Source: Selaginella moellendorffii (Eukaryota; Plantae; Lycopodiophyta). Taken from it: a DNA stretch of 64,000 bases. Positions 50,201-63,894 of the stretch are shown here, piece after piece (within the stretch, counting starts at the first letter, position 1; each line of letters starts with the position of its first letter). The translations under genes and the position numbers were made by a program. Location: assembly GCF_000143415.4 (NCBI RefSeq), contig NW_003314344.1, positions 683,737 through 747,736 of the forward strand, written 5' to 3'. The notes below the pieces were generated by a model. It was not told where the DNA came from. It saw only the letters and a program-made list of their open reading frames with translations, and searched no databases.

Positions 50201-52103
50201 TCAGCTGAGATCGATGTCGACGAGCTCTGGCGTACCTCTCTCGCTCTCGTTGTCCAGGAGCTCGGTGCCAAGCTGCCCCTTGTCCCCAGCTCCAAACGCA
50301 AACAATCGCCCCGAGTCGCAGAGCGCGAACGTGTGCGCGTTCCAAGTCACCGAGTTCGTCAGGCTGATTTGCAACACCTTCTCGTTTCTCTGTTTAAGAG
50401 ACGACACGAGCTCCGGCCGGAGAACGTTCGCGTGACGATTAGCCTGCAAAACCATCCCGGCATGTGTAAAACACCCAAGCAAAAGAGTGCAAAAAGAAAA
50501 AACCACGAACCTGGCCCTCGGTAGCACCACTGAGATGTCCGAGACTCGAGGACTCCCCACAGCCGCATGAGAAGACCTCTCCCGCGTCAGTCACCACGAA
50601 CGTTGTGTAGTCCCCGGTAGCTACGTGCACGGCCTTGACTCCCTGTAAAGACTCCACCACCTTTGGCAGCAACTCGCAGTCCTCGTTCCCGTGTCCTAGG
50701 CAGCCATAGCGGCCCCATCCCCACGTACACACTCGGCCATCCTCGGACACCACGGCTGCGTGCCATGCCCCCGCAGCCACCGCAATCGGTTGCAAGCGAA
50801 GGTGCTGGAAGTGCTCTATCATCTTCGGCCATCTCTCGTCGGATCGAGTACCGTGTCCCAGCTTTCCTCCGAGTCCACAGCCAACGGAGTAAACCGCCCT
50901 GCGCATGAAAACCAGGCAAAGTTATAAGAACTTTCGAAGAAGAAGAAGAAAAAGGAGAGATGAGAGGACTTACATCCCGGTGGATTGACAAGTGAGAGCC
51001 AGGAGGTAGCAATATCCTGCTGCAATTTGCACGACAGGTTTATTCTCTAACGCTCCCCTTAACAACTGCGGTTTCTGATCCTCGGGCTCTGTCTGGTGCC
51101 CGAGCTTGGCATCCGCACCCCAGGAGAAAGTATACACTCGCCCTTCACGAGATAACACGGCCGTGAAGAAGTTTCCTATAGCGGCTTGTACCACAAAAAT
51201 GCCGTTCAACGACTCTACTATCTGCGGCGTGTTGATGTTCTTGGAGCCCGGGCCACCATACTCTGGATCCCCGAACGAATCCTTCCCAAACGCATACACC
51301 CGGCCAGTGTCACTGATAAGCATCGTCCGGCCTACACCTGCTGTGGCTTGGATGATCCTCACGCCTTGGAGGGACCTGCCAAAACATCAAAACGTTGAGA
51401 AACGCTCTCTCCCTCTGCCTCTTGTCAGACCTGAGCAGACGAGGACGCCACTCTTCGTCAAGCGACCCATGTCCAAGCTGCCCAGAACTGCTAGAGCCGA
51501 AGGTGTAGACGGCACCGGTCTTGGTGACGACGATACTGTGGCCAGGGCCCGCGATCGCCTGGATCTTCTCCCGCCTGTAGCAAAGCTCGCCAGCTTTGAG
51601 AAAACGCAGCACCAGCTTCCAGGACCCTCCACAGCTCTCCTTGAGCGACTCCCTCTCCTCGCTCGTCATCGGTCTGAAGATAGCCCGCCTCTTACACATG
51701 TCCAATGCAGCGAGCTCCGAGAGGGAGAGCGTGACGTCGGGTGTGAAGTTGGCGGCGTGTCTAAAGAATGAGCAAGTTGCCTGATACAATAAAAAAAAAA
51801 GAAGAAAACATGTGAGCTCCGGGCCAGCCAGTAAGAAACGTGAAAGTGAAGACTCGGAAAACTTACCTCAAGCCGTGCCAGGTCTTGTGGATCAAGGCAG
51901 CACTCGGTGAGGACGTGCAAAACAATGGATGGATTGGTGGCGAGCGGGAATTCCCCATGAGAGCTCGAGCTCCCATAGCATAGGCGCTGGTTGCGCTGCG
52001 ACGTTTGCATGAGTGCCGCAACACCATGAGGCTGTTCTCCAGAGATTCCTATAAACGACAGAGAAGTTGGTTGCCAAACTGGTCCAGTTGCTGCAGTATC
52101 CAT
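50201..52103 (-). CDS. RCC1/UVR8-like repeat protein with an N-terminal F-box-like segment (multi-exon)
   Basis: Multiple RCC1 repeats (GQLGHG, GKLGHG, VAAGAWH, WGWGRYGCLGHG); N-terminus NPSIVLHVLTECCLDPQDLARLE; canonical short introns. Confidence 0.92.
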
Positions 52104-53259
52104 GGGGCACTGCAAATCGCAGTGCCCGTTGTGATGCTAAGTCGCTCCTAAGAAGAACTGCAAGAACAAAGAGAGCAGCAAAACATTCACTTCTGTGCAA
52201 ATGAAAGCTAGCCATGCCATGAAAGCAAACACACATCGTTCACAAACAAACACACACAAAGTTGCAACTTGCAAGTAAGAAGAACTTCGAGACCATCCTA
52301 GAGAGAATAAAAAACCAACCGGAATTCCCTAGCCAAAGAACGATGGACAACCTTCATGAGTCTAGCTTAGAGCAGCCTCCAAGCACAAGTCACTCGCCTT
52401 GCCCTGCAAAATCAACGATCGAAACAAATGAGACCAAGAGAAAAACAAGAAAGAAAAAAAAACGGTGAAAGAGGGGAAACAATGCGAAGAACACAGCGAA
52501 AGCCAGGCACGAGGCATCAAGCAGATAACGACATAGCCTAGGGTTTGCAAATGCGCGAATTCCCCCATTGCAAATCCGGGGATAAGCCCCAGCTCTTGCC
52601 TAATCTCCCACTAACATCCAGCAGCGCAAGCAGCATTCATCATCACCAAGCCCCGTCGCGTGCATTCCCACAGGGAGAAACCAGAAAACACACAAATTGC
52701 CAGAGGAAAGATCCACAACCTCGCGCTCGCAAAAGCTTTTGCGACGCCGATCGATCGATGCCCAGCCGGCCGAAGACGCGCGCGCGATGGCGCGGAGGAG
52801 GGAGAATCCAGGAATCCGCACCGAGAAGTCGCGAAATTGGATCCGGGCGATAGCGCAAATCAATGCCCTAAGAAATGGAAGAGCCAAATACCACAAAAAG
52901 CAGTAGTGTGTATAGTGTGCTCAAGTAACAAGCGTGGAAGATCCAACGGCTCTGGAGTCACATCGGCAAAAAACGGAGGGACAGCAGCAAAGGGTGGCGG
53001 CCATTGACGCTCCTCTCCTCCATTTTTTTTTTCTTTTGGTTTTTCGGGTAAAAACGAACGAATTTACCCGGGCCACGTCTACACTTTCAGTCGCAGTGAA
53101 ACTTCCATGGTTGCGTTTAGCAGAGAAAAAGAATAAAGCTTGCGTTAACATATCCTCTTACGCTAGCTAGGGCTATGACCCGGAAGCGATCAAACAAAGG
53201 ATCGACCAAGGAATCTAGGGATCTCGTGAGTTTTAGGGTTTTCTATACTATTGCCTATG

Positions 53260-53787
53260 CTAGTGGGCTATGAACTTGGTCACGGCCTTGGTACCCTCGC
53301 TAACGGCGTGCTTGGCGAGCTCACCGGGGATGAGTAGTTTCACCGCGGTTTGGACGTCGGTAGCTCCCACGGTATGCCTGGACGTGCGCTTGACGAGCGC
53401 CGAGACCTCGGCCGAGATCTTGTCAAACACATCGTAGATGAAATTGTCCATGATCCTCATCGCCTTTGACGAGATCCCCGTCTCCGGATGGACTTGCTTG
53501 AGAACCTTGTAGATGTAGCTCTTGAAGCTCTCCTCCTTCTTCTTGATCCTCCTGCCACCTTTGGAAACCCCCAGCGATGGATCCGCGGCGTCTTGATCGT
53601 CTTTTGAGGGCCGCCGCTTGGCCGCGGTGCTGGATTTCTTTGGCTTCTTCCCTGCCGGCTTCTTCTTGGCTACTCCTTGCGCGGGTGGCGGCGCCGCCTC
53701 GGCTGGCGCCGCCTCTTCCTCCGCCACTTCTTCCTCGTTCTCGGCCGCGTCGATGATCAACGCGGGCACGTCCATCCCGTCACCCAT
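53260..53787 (-). CDS. H2B: Histone H2B, divergent variant
   Basis: [53 protein letters not shown]; intronless; TATA box upstream (~53840-53846). Start codon choice (53787 or 53775) is uncertain. Confidence 0.95.
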   Translation of the reverse strand: MGDGMDVPALIIDAAENEEEVAEEEAAPAEAAPPPAQGVAKKKPAGKKPKKSSTAAKRRPSKDDQDAADPSLGVSKGGRRIKKKEESFKSYIYKVLKQVHPETGISSKAMRIMDNFIYDVFDKISAEVSALVKRTSRHTVGATDVQTAVKLLIPGELAKHAVSEGTKAVTKFIAH

Positions 53788-53936
53788 GAAGTAAAACAAA
53801 CCAAACCAATGACCTAAAAGCTAGCTTGGATTTGGCACTATTTATAATGATCCCAGCCGTCCATATCAACGGCCAGCAAGAGCCCTAAAAAATATTTTCT
53901 CCCCTCTTCTTTACCTAGCTCGATCAAGCTCCATCC

Positions 53937-54345
53937 ATGGGCGAGGTCCGGCCCGAGATTGTCAAGCCGCGCACTGACAAGCGGGAGTACAGGAATGTGG
54001 TGCTCCGGAATGAGCTGCGCGTGCTCCTTGTCAGCGATCCCGAAACGGATAAGGTGAGATTCGTAGCGGAAATTTTCGATGGATTGAGGATTTGTGTGAT
54101 GGCGCGCAGGCCGCGGCAGCGATGGATGTCAATGTTGGATCGTTTTGCGATCCCGAGGAGCTTGCAGGGCTTGCGCATTTCCTGGGTATGTGGACCAATT
54201 CCTCTCGATTTATGTTTCCTTGCTGGTTTTGACGATGGAACTTGGAATGCGTAGAGCATATGCTATTCTTTTCCAGCGAGAAATATCCCTTGGAAGACGA
54301 TTACTCCAAGTTTTTGAACGAGGTAGGCTGGCCAAATGGGATTAT

Positions 54346-54384
<39 letters not shown>

Positions 54385-57300
54385 AAACTGCTACTCGTTT
54401 GCAGCATGGAGGTCACTCAAATGCTTTCACGAGCTCCGAGGACACAAACTTCCACTTTGACGTGAACGCCGAGCACTTAAGCCAGGCTCTTGACAGGTTT
54501 TTGTTTTCATTTTTCTCCCGGTTTCATGTCTAATGATCGCAGAATTTCAGGTTTGCGCAGTTTTTTATCTGCCCTTTGATGTCGCAAGATGCTACGTCAA
54601 GAGAAATCAATGCTGTGAATTCAGGTAAGAATGGCCGCAGTCAAATTTTATACCTGAGCTCGTATCTCTTTCTTTTGATAGAGCATAACAAAAACCTTAC
54701 CACCGATAGATGGCGATTTGATCAGGTGTCGTTTGCTTGCTAGATTATGCCATGTGTTTATTCTAGTGAAGCGTTTCTAACATGTAACTGGTCGAACTTG
54801 TGCAGGTTGCGAGACATGTGAGTTCTAAAGACCATCCTTACCACAAATTTGGAACTGGTATTCATTTTTTCTAAGCTTCTTATCCAAGTACTCACGCTGG
54901 AAATTCAGGTAGTTTGGAGACTTTGGATGTTTCTCCGAAATCTAAAGGCATTGATACGAGAGAGGAGCTGATAAAGTTCCACAAATTTCACTACTCGGCA
55001 AATCTTATGTGCCTTTGTGTGTATGGAAGAGGTAAGAAAAGACATAAGGATCTTTTATTTATTAACTTGAACTCATTTGCTAGAAACCTTGGACGAGCTT
55101 GAAAAAATTGTAAGCGAGACGTTTCAAGACATAAAAAATACCGGCAAAATGGCTCCATCTTTTCCTGGTCTACCATTTCTTCCGGAGCATAAACAAGTGA
55201 GTAGTTTGTTAGTGTTGAACTTCATTTTTCCATCGCTTTTATGTAGATCATTATCAAAGGAGTTCCCATCAAGCAGCGACATAATCTGGAGTTAACTTGG
55301 TTAATTCTACCTGAATTAAAGAATTACAAAGCTGGACCCTGTCGATACATTAGCCACGTTCTGGGACATGAGGCAGACGGTTCTTTGTTTGCACTTCTCA
55401 AAAGTCTTGGTAAGCATTTGAGCTTTCCTTGTTAAGGTTTGATACATCAAATCATAACTAGGCTGGGCGAGCAGTCTTTCTGCCGGAGAAAATGAAAGGA
55501 GTTCGGATTATTCTCTTTTTTCTATTTATATCGAACTCACCGATGCAGGCCAAGGTCTTTTTTTTTTGTTTTGTTTTGCTCTGTGCCTTAGACTCGCAGA
55601 GCTTAGCAGAACATATGGAGGACATAGTGGGGTTCACTTTTCAGCATATTAGCCTGCTAGGACGCAAAGGAGTCACAGAAGCACTTTTTGACGAGGTACT
55701 TTAACTTCTCGTGAGGTTTCATTTTGTGACCATTGTTCTTCTTCTCTTTCTAAGATACGAACAGTCTGTGAGATGAAGTTCCATTATCAAGATAAGTACC
55801 AACCAATGCATTATGTTACACGTCTGGTCGGGAGTATGCAGGTGTGCTTTCTCTCGATTTAAATAAAGTTTCTAAAACAGTGCTACTTGTTCAGCTTTAT
55901 CCGGTTGAAGATTGGCTTGCAGGTTCCTCCTTGCCAAGAACTTTTGACCCTGATGCTATTAAACAGGAGATTGAGTTTTTAACTCCAGAAAACGTCAGGT
56001 AACTTTCCACTTCTACCAAAGAAATGCCCTTTACATTTATTTTTTTGTTATTTTTTAGGATCATCTGGTCCTCCAAGCAGTTTGAAGGGATGACCAACGA
56101 AACAGAACCTTGGTATGGTACATCCTACACTGCAAAGAGAGTTTCTGAATCTCTTCTCGAGGTTGGCATTGTTGTTTTATCTTTTCCTTCTTTCGATTTA
56201 AACCATCTTTAATGAGTGATGTAGAGCTGGAAAAACGCTCCGTTGGATCCAAGGCTACATTTGCCAGATCCTAATCCTTTCATTCCTACAGACTTCAGCT
56301 TGAAGGAAGCAAATCTGAAGGTGTATAAATCTCAGAAAACAAGCAATGGAACTGACGTGTGAATTTACAGATGCAATATCCTTATGTTTTGAGAAATTCA
56401 TCATTGTCGAAGTTGTGGTATAAGCCTGATACCAAGTTTCAAACGCCGAAAGCTTGTGTTATGATTCATTTGCATTGTCCAGAATGCAAATATTCTCCTG
56501 AATCATCTGTTCTATCGACAATTTTTACAAAACTACTTCTAGATTATCTGAACGAATATGGTGAGCCTGTGATAAGTCACTAAAATCTCAACATTCTTAC
56601 CGGTATGCTGGTTACAGCTTATTTTGCAGAAATTGCTGGCCTGCAGTATTCTATTCAACGCACCTCTCATGGTTTTTTGGTAAGATTGTTGATACTTCGA
56701 TATGAATCCACCAAAACTTTTCTTGCATTAACAGTTATTCATCACTGGTTACAATCATAAACTGTACAGTCTTTTGGAACGTATTGTAGACAAGGCGGTC
56801 AACTTTCAGGTGAAAGAGGATCGGTTTCTTGTTATAAAGGTATGAGATGGGACATATCGCGGGTTTCTCGTGCACTGACTGTTCTTGCGTCTGGCAGGAA
56901 AAGCTCATGAAAGATTACGTTAACTACAAGTTTCAACAGCCATACCAACAGGCTATGTATTACTGTTCGTTGATGATGGAACAAAACCGGTGGCACATAA
57001 AAGACTATCTCGAAACTCTTCCTTCTCTCAACGCAAGCGATTTGCAAGCCTTTTTCCCCAAATTATTCTCTCGAATATATGCTGATTGCTATGCTGCAGG
57101 TTTGGAAATCAGATTGCTCTCACGAATGTTACGTGCTGTTTTCCATTTTGTAAATTCAGGTAACATGACAACAAAAGAGGCAGAGGCTTTGGCCGAACTT
57201 ATTGAGAACAGGTTTACCAGTTCTCCATCTACGAAAACGAAGCCATTGCTGTCGTCACAAGCAACCGAAGACCGAATCACAAAACTAGACAACTCGGAAA

Positions 57301-58253
57301 TGTTTTACCCAATATCTGGTTTGAATCCCGACAATGAAAACTCAGCTCTCCATGTATACCTCCAGGTATGTTGTCATTTTCATTAACTCTATGAAGGATT
57401 GAACACTTGTAGGTGGGACAAGACGAGACAGTGATGAACATTCTCGTGGAGCTATTTGTTCTCAGTGCCAAACAACCTGCGTTCCATCAGCTTAGATCTG
57501 TGGAGCAGCTCGGCTATATTACTGCCTTAGTAACTAGGTGGGTTTTGCGATTAAAGATTATTACATCCAATTGGCGTGGAGTTGATTGGGCTCGTTTTTC
57601 TTCCTCAGGAACGATTGTGGTGTCCAAGGTGTGCAGTTTATCGTTCAGTCCACCGTAAAGGTAGAATTTCAAGTTGTAAATACTTTTGATTCCGAAGGAG
57701 GATCTGCCTGCAGGATCCCAATGGTGTCGAGGAAAGAGTCGAGGACTTTTTAAAATCATTTGAGACGACACTAACAAACATGAGTGACGAGGAATTTCAG
57801 GTAAGTAATCGCTGGTGGAGCTACCATTTATGTTTGCTGCCCCACTTTTGACAGAGAAATGTGGAGGCACTCGTCGAAATCAAGCTCGAGAAACACAAAA
57901 ACATTTACGAGGAGACAAACTTCTTCTGGATGGAGATTGACAATGGCGCATGCAAGTTTGACAGGCAGCAAGTCGAGGTGATGAACAGCACACAATCTTA
58001 TGAAACGTCAGCAAACCTTGTGTGGTATATATTTTTCCAGGTTGCTGCTCTACGGGCTCTCACCAAAGATGAGCTACTAGAGTTTTACATCAATCACATA
58101 AAATCTGGCGCGCCCATGAGGAGAAAGCTCAGCGTCCAGATCTATGGCAAGCTCCACATGCAGGAGCTGGAACTCCTGGAAGATGGCAAGAACAGGATTA
58201 AGGATCTGTTTAGTTTCAAACGATCGCAAGGACTATATAGCTCATTGAGGTGA
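53937..58253 (+). CDS. IDE: Insulin-degrading enzyme-like zinc metallopeptidase (M16A, insulysin), many short introns
   Basis: [12 protein letters not shown]; inverted zinc motif GLAHFL|EHMLFF (HxxEH split by an intron); [14 protein letters not shown]; [12 protein letters not shown]. Confidence 0.95.
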
Positions 58254-58439
58254 ATAGGATCTTACTATTGTTACTGAAAAACCCGTAAAAAATTGCTTCT
58301 GGAGCATAAACAAGTGAGTAGTTTGCTAATGCTGTGTTCACTAAAACGATTTAGTTACCACAAAACAGATTTGAGAAATGAAAAGTGATTCTATATAATA
58401 ACATTGTTTTTGCGATATTGATTAAATCTGCAATTCCAT

Positions 58440-59277
58440 TCACCAATTATCAAATTCAAACTTACAGACAAGCTTTGCGACCGGCAGTAAGACATGGCTC
58501 TTGTCAAGTGGCACAGTTCGTTTGCGTGTGGAGCACCAGTCTCTCTCACCATGATTTTTGAGCTCCAAAAACAGCACCATTGTTTTCCTGGAGCCTCGGC
58601 AGTACGGCTCACTCACAAATGGGTCCTTTCCAACCCACAGAAAGGGTTCCATGCCATAGTTACCTTTGGCTTTCAGGGGATCAAGACCTTGTTCAAGGAT
58701 GGAGCTTATGTTCTCCAGCGGGCTTCCATGAAACACAAACTCTAACGATTTGAGGTCTGAGATGCTGTAACTGCGCACCGCTTGCCGCATCTCATCTGCA
58801 ATACGCAAGAAAGAAATAGGCCATTAAAATAAAGTTTAAACCTTCAGGCATTTGCGTGAATCAAGAAATCAAAAGCTGGCAGTGGAAAATCTACATACCT
58901 AAGACGCTATTGTCGTCGAGGGTGGCGTAGCGTTGGAGAGCTCCCACGAACTTCCTGTAGATCGCTGAAGACGAGTCTAGCTTGTTTGGCTGAATTTGCA
59001 TGGTGACCCCGGGGCAAGTGATGACTCTCTCCAGGAATTTGGCATCGATCAGTTGGAGGAGTAGGTCCTCAACAGGCACAAGCACTATCTTGACGATTCT
59101 ATCAACTCTCGTGCATGCATTCGTCAGCTCCATTGTCGAGAAATCAATACAGTTACCGTGCAAACCTAGTACCTCAAAATACTTGTCAAGTATCTTTTGA
59201 GCAACTTCTTGCTTGTATGGCTTCCAGGGCTTCTTGTTGTCACGCCAGTAAACTCCCGGTTCCATCGACGTAGCCAT
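58440..59277 (-). CDS. WWE domain + PARP/ART-catalytic-like protein (two exons)
   Basis: WWE-like YWRDNKKPWKPYKQEVAQKILDKY..IDFSTMELTN; ART-like FVFHGSPLENISSILEQGLDP..YG..SEPYC. Confidence 0.6.
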
Positions 59278-59907
59278 TTTCGAAAAGACAAAACCTAATT
59301 CTTAAAGCTGGCAACTATATTAGCTTCTAATTTGGACCAACAAAAGCTGCCTAATATCTCTTATTCATGGTTCTCTCAATGATTTCTGGAAATTCATGTT
59401 CACCGTGAATATTTACTATTGACTGAGGTTCCCTGTTGACTATCGTTGACTATGCCTGTTACTATGGGACAAATTGACCCGTGACAAACGCGCCAGGGAA
59501 AGGTGTGTCCCAACAAATGAATGAATGAATGAATGAATGAATGAATTGAAGCAGAAGCCCAGTTTTTTTCTTTTTGTTGGTATTGGCCTATTTGATCCCA
59601 TGTCTTGTTGTGCTAGGACATTTCTTTTCTCTGACCCATGATCATTTGTAACAAAGCTCTTGAATCAACCCTTTTCGTGTGGTGGATTTCTTCTTCTTCT
59701 GTTTCTTTTTTTCTCGCTTTTAGATCATATGAAAACCAACTAGATAAATGGAGGTGCTTCCGCCTTTCTTCGTCAAGCAGTGGCAGATTCCGGGCGTCAA
59801 TCAATGCACGGGGCTGATCAGGAGCTCCCGATGTGAAAAGGGAGAAAAGCTGGGAATTCTTCCTCTCCCTCTCGCTGGTGTGTTTTGGGGATGAGTTACC
59901 AGCACAG

Positions 59908-61235
59908 GATGCAAGAGCTGGTGCTCAAGAGCGGCTGTTCTTGGGCATCGGAAGTTAAGGCTCCTCCGCCTTGTTCCAGAGAAGCTAGCGGTGGTGGGAT
60001 TGGAATTGGGACTCCACGAGCAGACGAACGCATCCTTCCAAAAGGACCATTCTCGGGTCTCACAATCTGTGTCACGGGTCTCTCCAAAGGTACGTTCTTT
60101 CGAAATCTTTTCTTTCTTTGGCTCTGTGCTTTTGGCCTTGGCTATGGTGGTTGATTGGAATTGCTGTGGTTGATTTGGAGCAGAAGCTCGAAAGCAAGTC
60201 CAGATCACAACCGAGAGATTGGGAGGAAGTTACAGTCCAGATCTTCACTCTGGATGCACTCATCTCGTCGTCCAGATATCCAAAAACTTTAGTGACTACT
60301 ATTTATGATCTTTGTTTTTCCTTGATTGTCGATTCTTTCCACAGAAGTGCTGGCCGCAAATACGAGCACGCTCTCAAGAACAGGTTTAAGAAAGGCTTGT
60401 TTGTAGTGACACTCTCCTGGTTCGTCAATTCCGCAAGGCTCAATGGTAGATTTTTTCGTTTCTTTTGGTGGCAAGCCAACTCATCTTTCTTTCCAGAGCG
60501 ACTGGACGAATCCAAGTACGATGCTACGACAGGAGATTTTGAATCCGCCGAGAACTCGCTACCACGCGATGATCCAGCCGCTTGCATGCCGCAGAAACCA
60601 TCGTTCAGTGCTCCTCTCCCGCCTCTCACAAACAAGCCTCTCGCGAGCTTGCAAGTCGTTCCAATGGCCAGCAACAACAAAAACTCCACCGAATTCCCCA
60701 AGGCTCCCAGGAAGCCGATGTTTTCCGGCATTTGCTTCTACATTGACAATGATATCTCCACCGAGTTGCAAATCAAGGCAAGTTTTCTAGAACTCTTTAG
60801 CTCTTTCCTTTAAAGTAAAATCTCTCAAGAGCTCTTTTCGTTCCTCGCGACTTAAAAAGGTTGTAGAGGCAGCAGTGAAAGAAGGAGCTACTTGCATAAG
60901 CGATTGGTATATCGGATGCAACGCGACACACATTGTCTGCGAGGACAATGCCCTTGTCAAGTACGTTGGATACAAGATCCATTTGGTATCGGTAAGTACG
61001 CAAAATCCTTCCTTTTTCTCGCCACCATTTCCTCGTTTGAGCTTTTCTTTCCAGCCAATGTGGGTGCTACGAACAGTGAAAGAGCACGCGTGGTACCACC
61101 TCGTACACATCTCGCTTGATTTGCTCAGGCATTTTCCACACCTTTTAGACAAGGTGACTGATCGAAACTCCATAGTTTTCGTGATCTATCTCAGTTGGTT
61201 TCTATTTTTCTGTAGAAATCCGAGCCAGCAGCAGC

Positions 61236-61269
<34 letters not shown>

Positions 61270-62234
61270 GGCAGCAGTAGGAAAATGCTCGCGCTTTGTG
61301 CTCGAGAAGATTCGCAAACTCGTCAGCTCAAGCTGGATGAATCGGAGTCCAGAGTTCGAGCAGCCAGGGATAGTATTCGAAGGCGTAGAGGACCGAGCAT
61401 GCAGGTTCGTAGCTCTTTTCTCTCTATCCAAGAAAAACTTTGCGTTCTTCGAGTAAAAAATCTCTCTCTCTCTTTTTTCTCTTTGCCAACTTTCGCAGCC
61501 TTGCCGAGCACTGCCTCGTCCCATCACGCCGCAGAGCATGATGGAATCGATTTGCTGGTCGGTGTCGGAGCCACCGTCGACGGCCCAGCTCTATCTCGAC
61601 AACTCGGATGGAACCGGGCACTACGATCAAGCCTCGGATTACTTCGACGCCCAGGAGAGTGGGAAAGACTCGAGTAGTGGTGAAGTCTATGTGAGACCGC
61701 TCAACGATAGGCAAGCTCTCTTCACAAAAAAACTCTTTTTTTTTCTGCTTTGCTTCTTCTAATTCATCTCGCTGACAAGCTGCATCTACTTGGAACAGTG
61801 AGAAGCAAGACGTCGTTTACAAGGGAGCGTTTTTGACGATCTTATTCCCGCTGGATAGATTCTCGGAGATGGGGCCATCGTCAAAGCCGTTCTTCTCCGA
61901 GAAAGGATTCACGAGGCAGCAAATCCTGGAGAACGTCTATGGCTTCTACCAGGTAACTCACTGCGAAGTTCTGTGGACTGGAAACTTGAAAGGAAACTAA
62001 GCTCGACTTACGCAGGAGCCATTGTCGAGTAGCGAGATCGAGGTTGCCGTGTACACGGATTCCAAGCACGCCGAGAGGCTTCGAGCGGTTTACTCGGCTC
62101 CAGAGACGGTCGAAGCTGGCTACGTCCCAACCAAGAGATACGAGTTCTTGGGAAGTAGACGAAACTTTGAGGGGCTTAGGCGCTTGAGCGTCGAGAAGAA
62201 CGGCCAAGTATATCAGCTCTGCTTGGGATCGTAA
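59908..62234 (+). CDS. Plant BRCT-domain protein (two BRCT domains), multi-exon
   Basis: GPFSGLTICVTGLSK..CTHLVV..VTLSWFVNS; PMFSGICFYID..ATHIVCE..PMWV; C-terminus FLGSRRNFEGL. Confidence 0.85.
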
Positions 62235-62311
62235 AAACTCTGTAATATAAGTCTCAAAATAAGCTGTGAATTTCCTTCGAAGAAAAAAAAGCTGATAGCC
62301 AGTGTATACCT

Positions 62312-63894
62312 TCAAATGCTGGAAAGTACTTCCTTGCCCATGGCTAGAGTGAAGTCAATGTCCTCTTCCGTGTGAGCCAAGCTCGTAAAACCCGCTTCAA
62401 ACTGGGACGGAGCCAAGTAGACGCCTCGCTCGAGCATGCCTCTGTGAAACCTCGCAAACTTTGCCGTGTCACTCTTCTTTGCGTCCTCGAAGTTGTGGAC
62501 TGGGCCTTTAGCGAAGAAGAAACCAAACATCCCCCGGATGTATCCACCGCACATATCATGCCCCGCATTCTTCCCAGCTTCCAGGAGGCCTTGAACTAGC
62601 TTTCCCGATACTTTGTCCAGATACTCATACGTCCCGGAGTTCTGGAGCCGCTTGAGCGTGTGAATTCCAGCAGTCATTGCTAAAGGATTTCCACTGAGAG
62701 TACCTGCTTGGTACATGGGACCAGCCGGTGCAACCATCTCCATGATCTCCCTCTTTCCACCGTAGGCACCGACGGGCAGTCCCCCACCAATCACTTTACC
62801 CAGCGTTGTCAAGTCTGGAGTGATGCCAAAGTATTCCTGTGCACCTCCGTAAGCTATCCTGAATCCGGTCATGACTTCGTCGAAAACGAGAAGAGCGCCC
62901 TCGTTCTTCGTCACCTCCCTCAATCCTTCCAAAAACTCCTTGCTGGGAGCTATGAACCCGGCATTTCCCACGACTGGCTCCAAAACTACGGCAGCAACCT
63001 CGCCTTTGTAGTCTTGGAAGAGCTGCTTCACAGCATCCAAATCGTTGTAACCCGCAGTAAGCGTCGAGGAAGTGGCTCCTTTAGGCACTCCGGGCGAATC
63101 CGGGAGTCCAAGCGTTGCAACACCGCTCCCAGCTTTGACGAGGAACGAATCAGCGTGGCCATGGTAGCAGCCTTCGAACTTGATAACTTTCTCTCGCCCC
63201 GTGAAGGCTCTTGCAAGCCGCAGCATTCCCATGCACGCCTCTGTGCCCGAGTTGACAAACCGGACCATTTCCACGCTTGGGACTGCGTCGATGACGAGCT
63301 TTGCGAGCTCGTTCTCCACGGCACAGGGAGCACCAAAGCTCGTACCATTCTTCGCAGCCTCGGCTAGAGCTTTAAGTACCTGGCAGCGAAGTTTTTCTCA
63401 TCGATCGATCATACAAAAAAGTAGAAAAAGTAGAGTACCTCGTCGTCGGCATGGCCTATAATCGCAGGACCCCAGCTGCCAACATAATCAACGTACTCAT
63501 TTCCATCCACGTCCCAAGCTCGCGATCCTTTGACGCGATCAAAGATAATCGGCTGCCCACCCACAGACTTGAAAGCTCTAACCGGCGAATTTACTCCTCC
63601 TGGCATCAAGTCCTGGAAAATATAGCTCGATAAGCTCCGTTCTAAGAGGAGAAAAAAGCCTGGTTCTAAGCTACAGCTCCTCGGCAAGGCAAATCTCCCT
63701 AGAACAAGTAGAATGTGGGAATAGCCTACCTTGGCCTCCTTGAAAATCTCCTCGGACTTGCGCGTGACGAATTTCTTCTCCACGGACACCGCCATTTGCG
63801 ATCCGGAAGCTCGGCAAGCCGATCCACGCGGGCGCGGGCGAGAATTTGGAGATGGCCTCCATTCCACAGAGAGACCCGCCATCGCCGCGGCCAT
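62312..63894 (-). CDS. GSA: Glutamate-1-semialdehyde 2,1-aminomutase, chloroplast precursor (two introns)
   Basis: [17 protein letters not shown]; [13 protein letters not shown]; FVNSGTEAC; FDEVMTGFR; PLP lysine in [12 protein letters not shown]; transit-peptide-like N-terminus. Confidence 0.98.

Noticed and set aside
51106-51771. 221-aa plus-strand ORF
   Set aside because: Antisense to RCC1-protein exons, with no independent features.
59430-59470. gttgactat repeats resembling the transposon terminus
   Set aside because: No GAGCTCA/ACTACCC terminal motif follows; more likely ordinary promoter W-box-like repeats.
62708-63367. 219-aa plus-strand ORF
   Set aside because: Antisense shadow of the highly conserved GSA coding exon.
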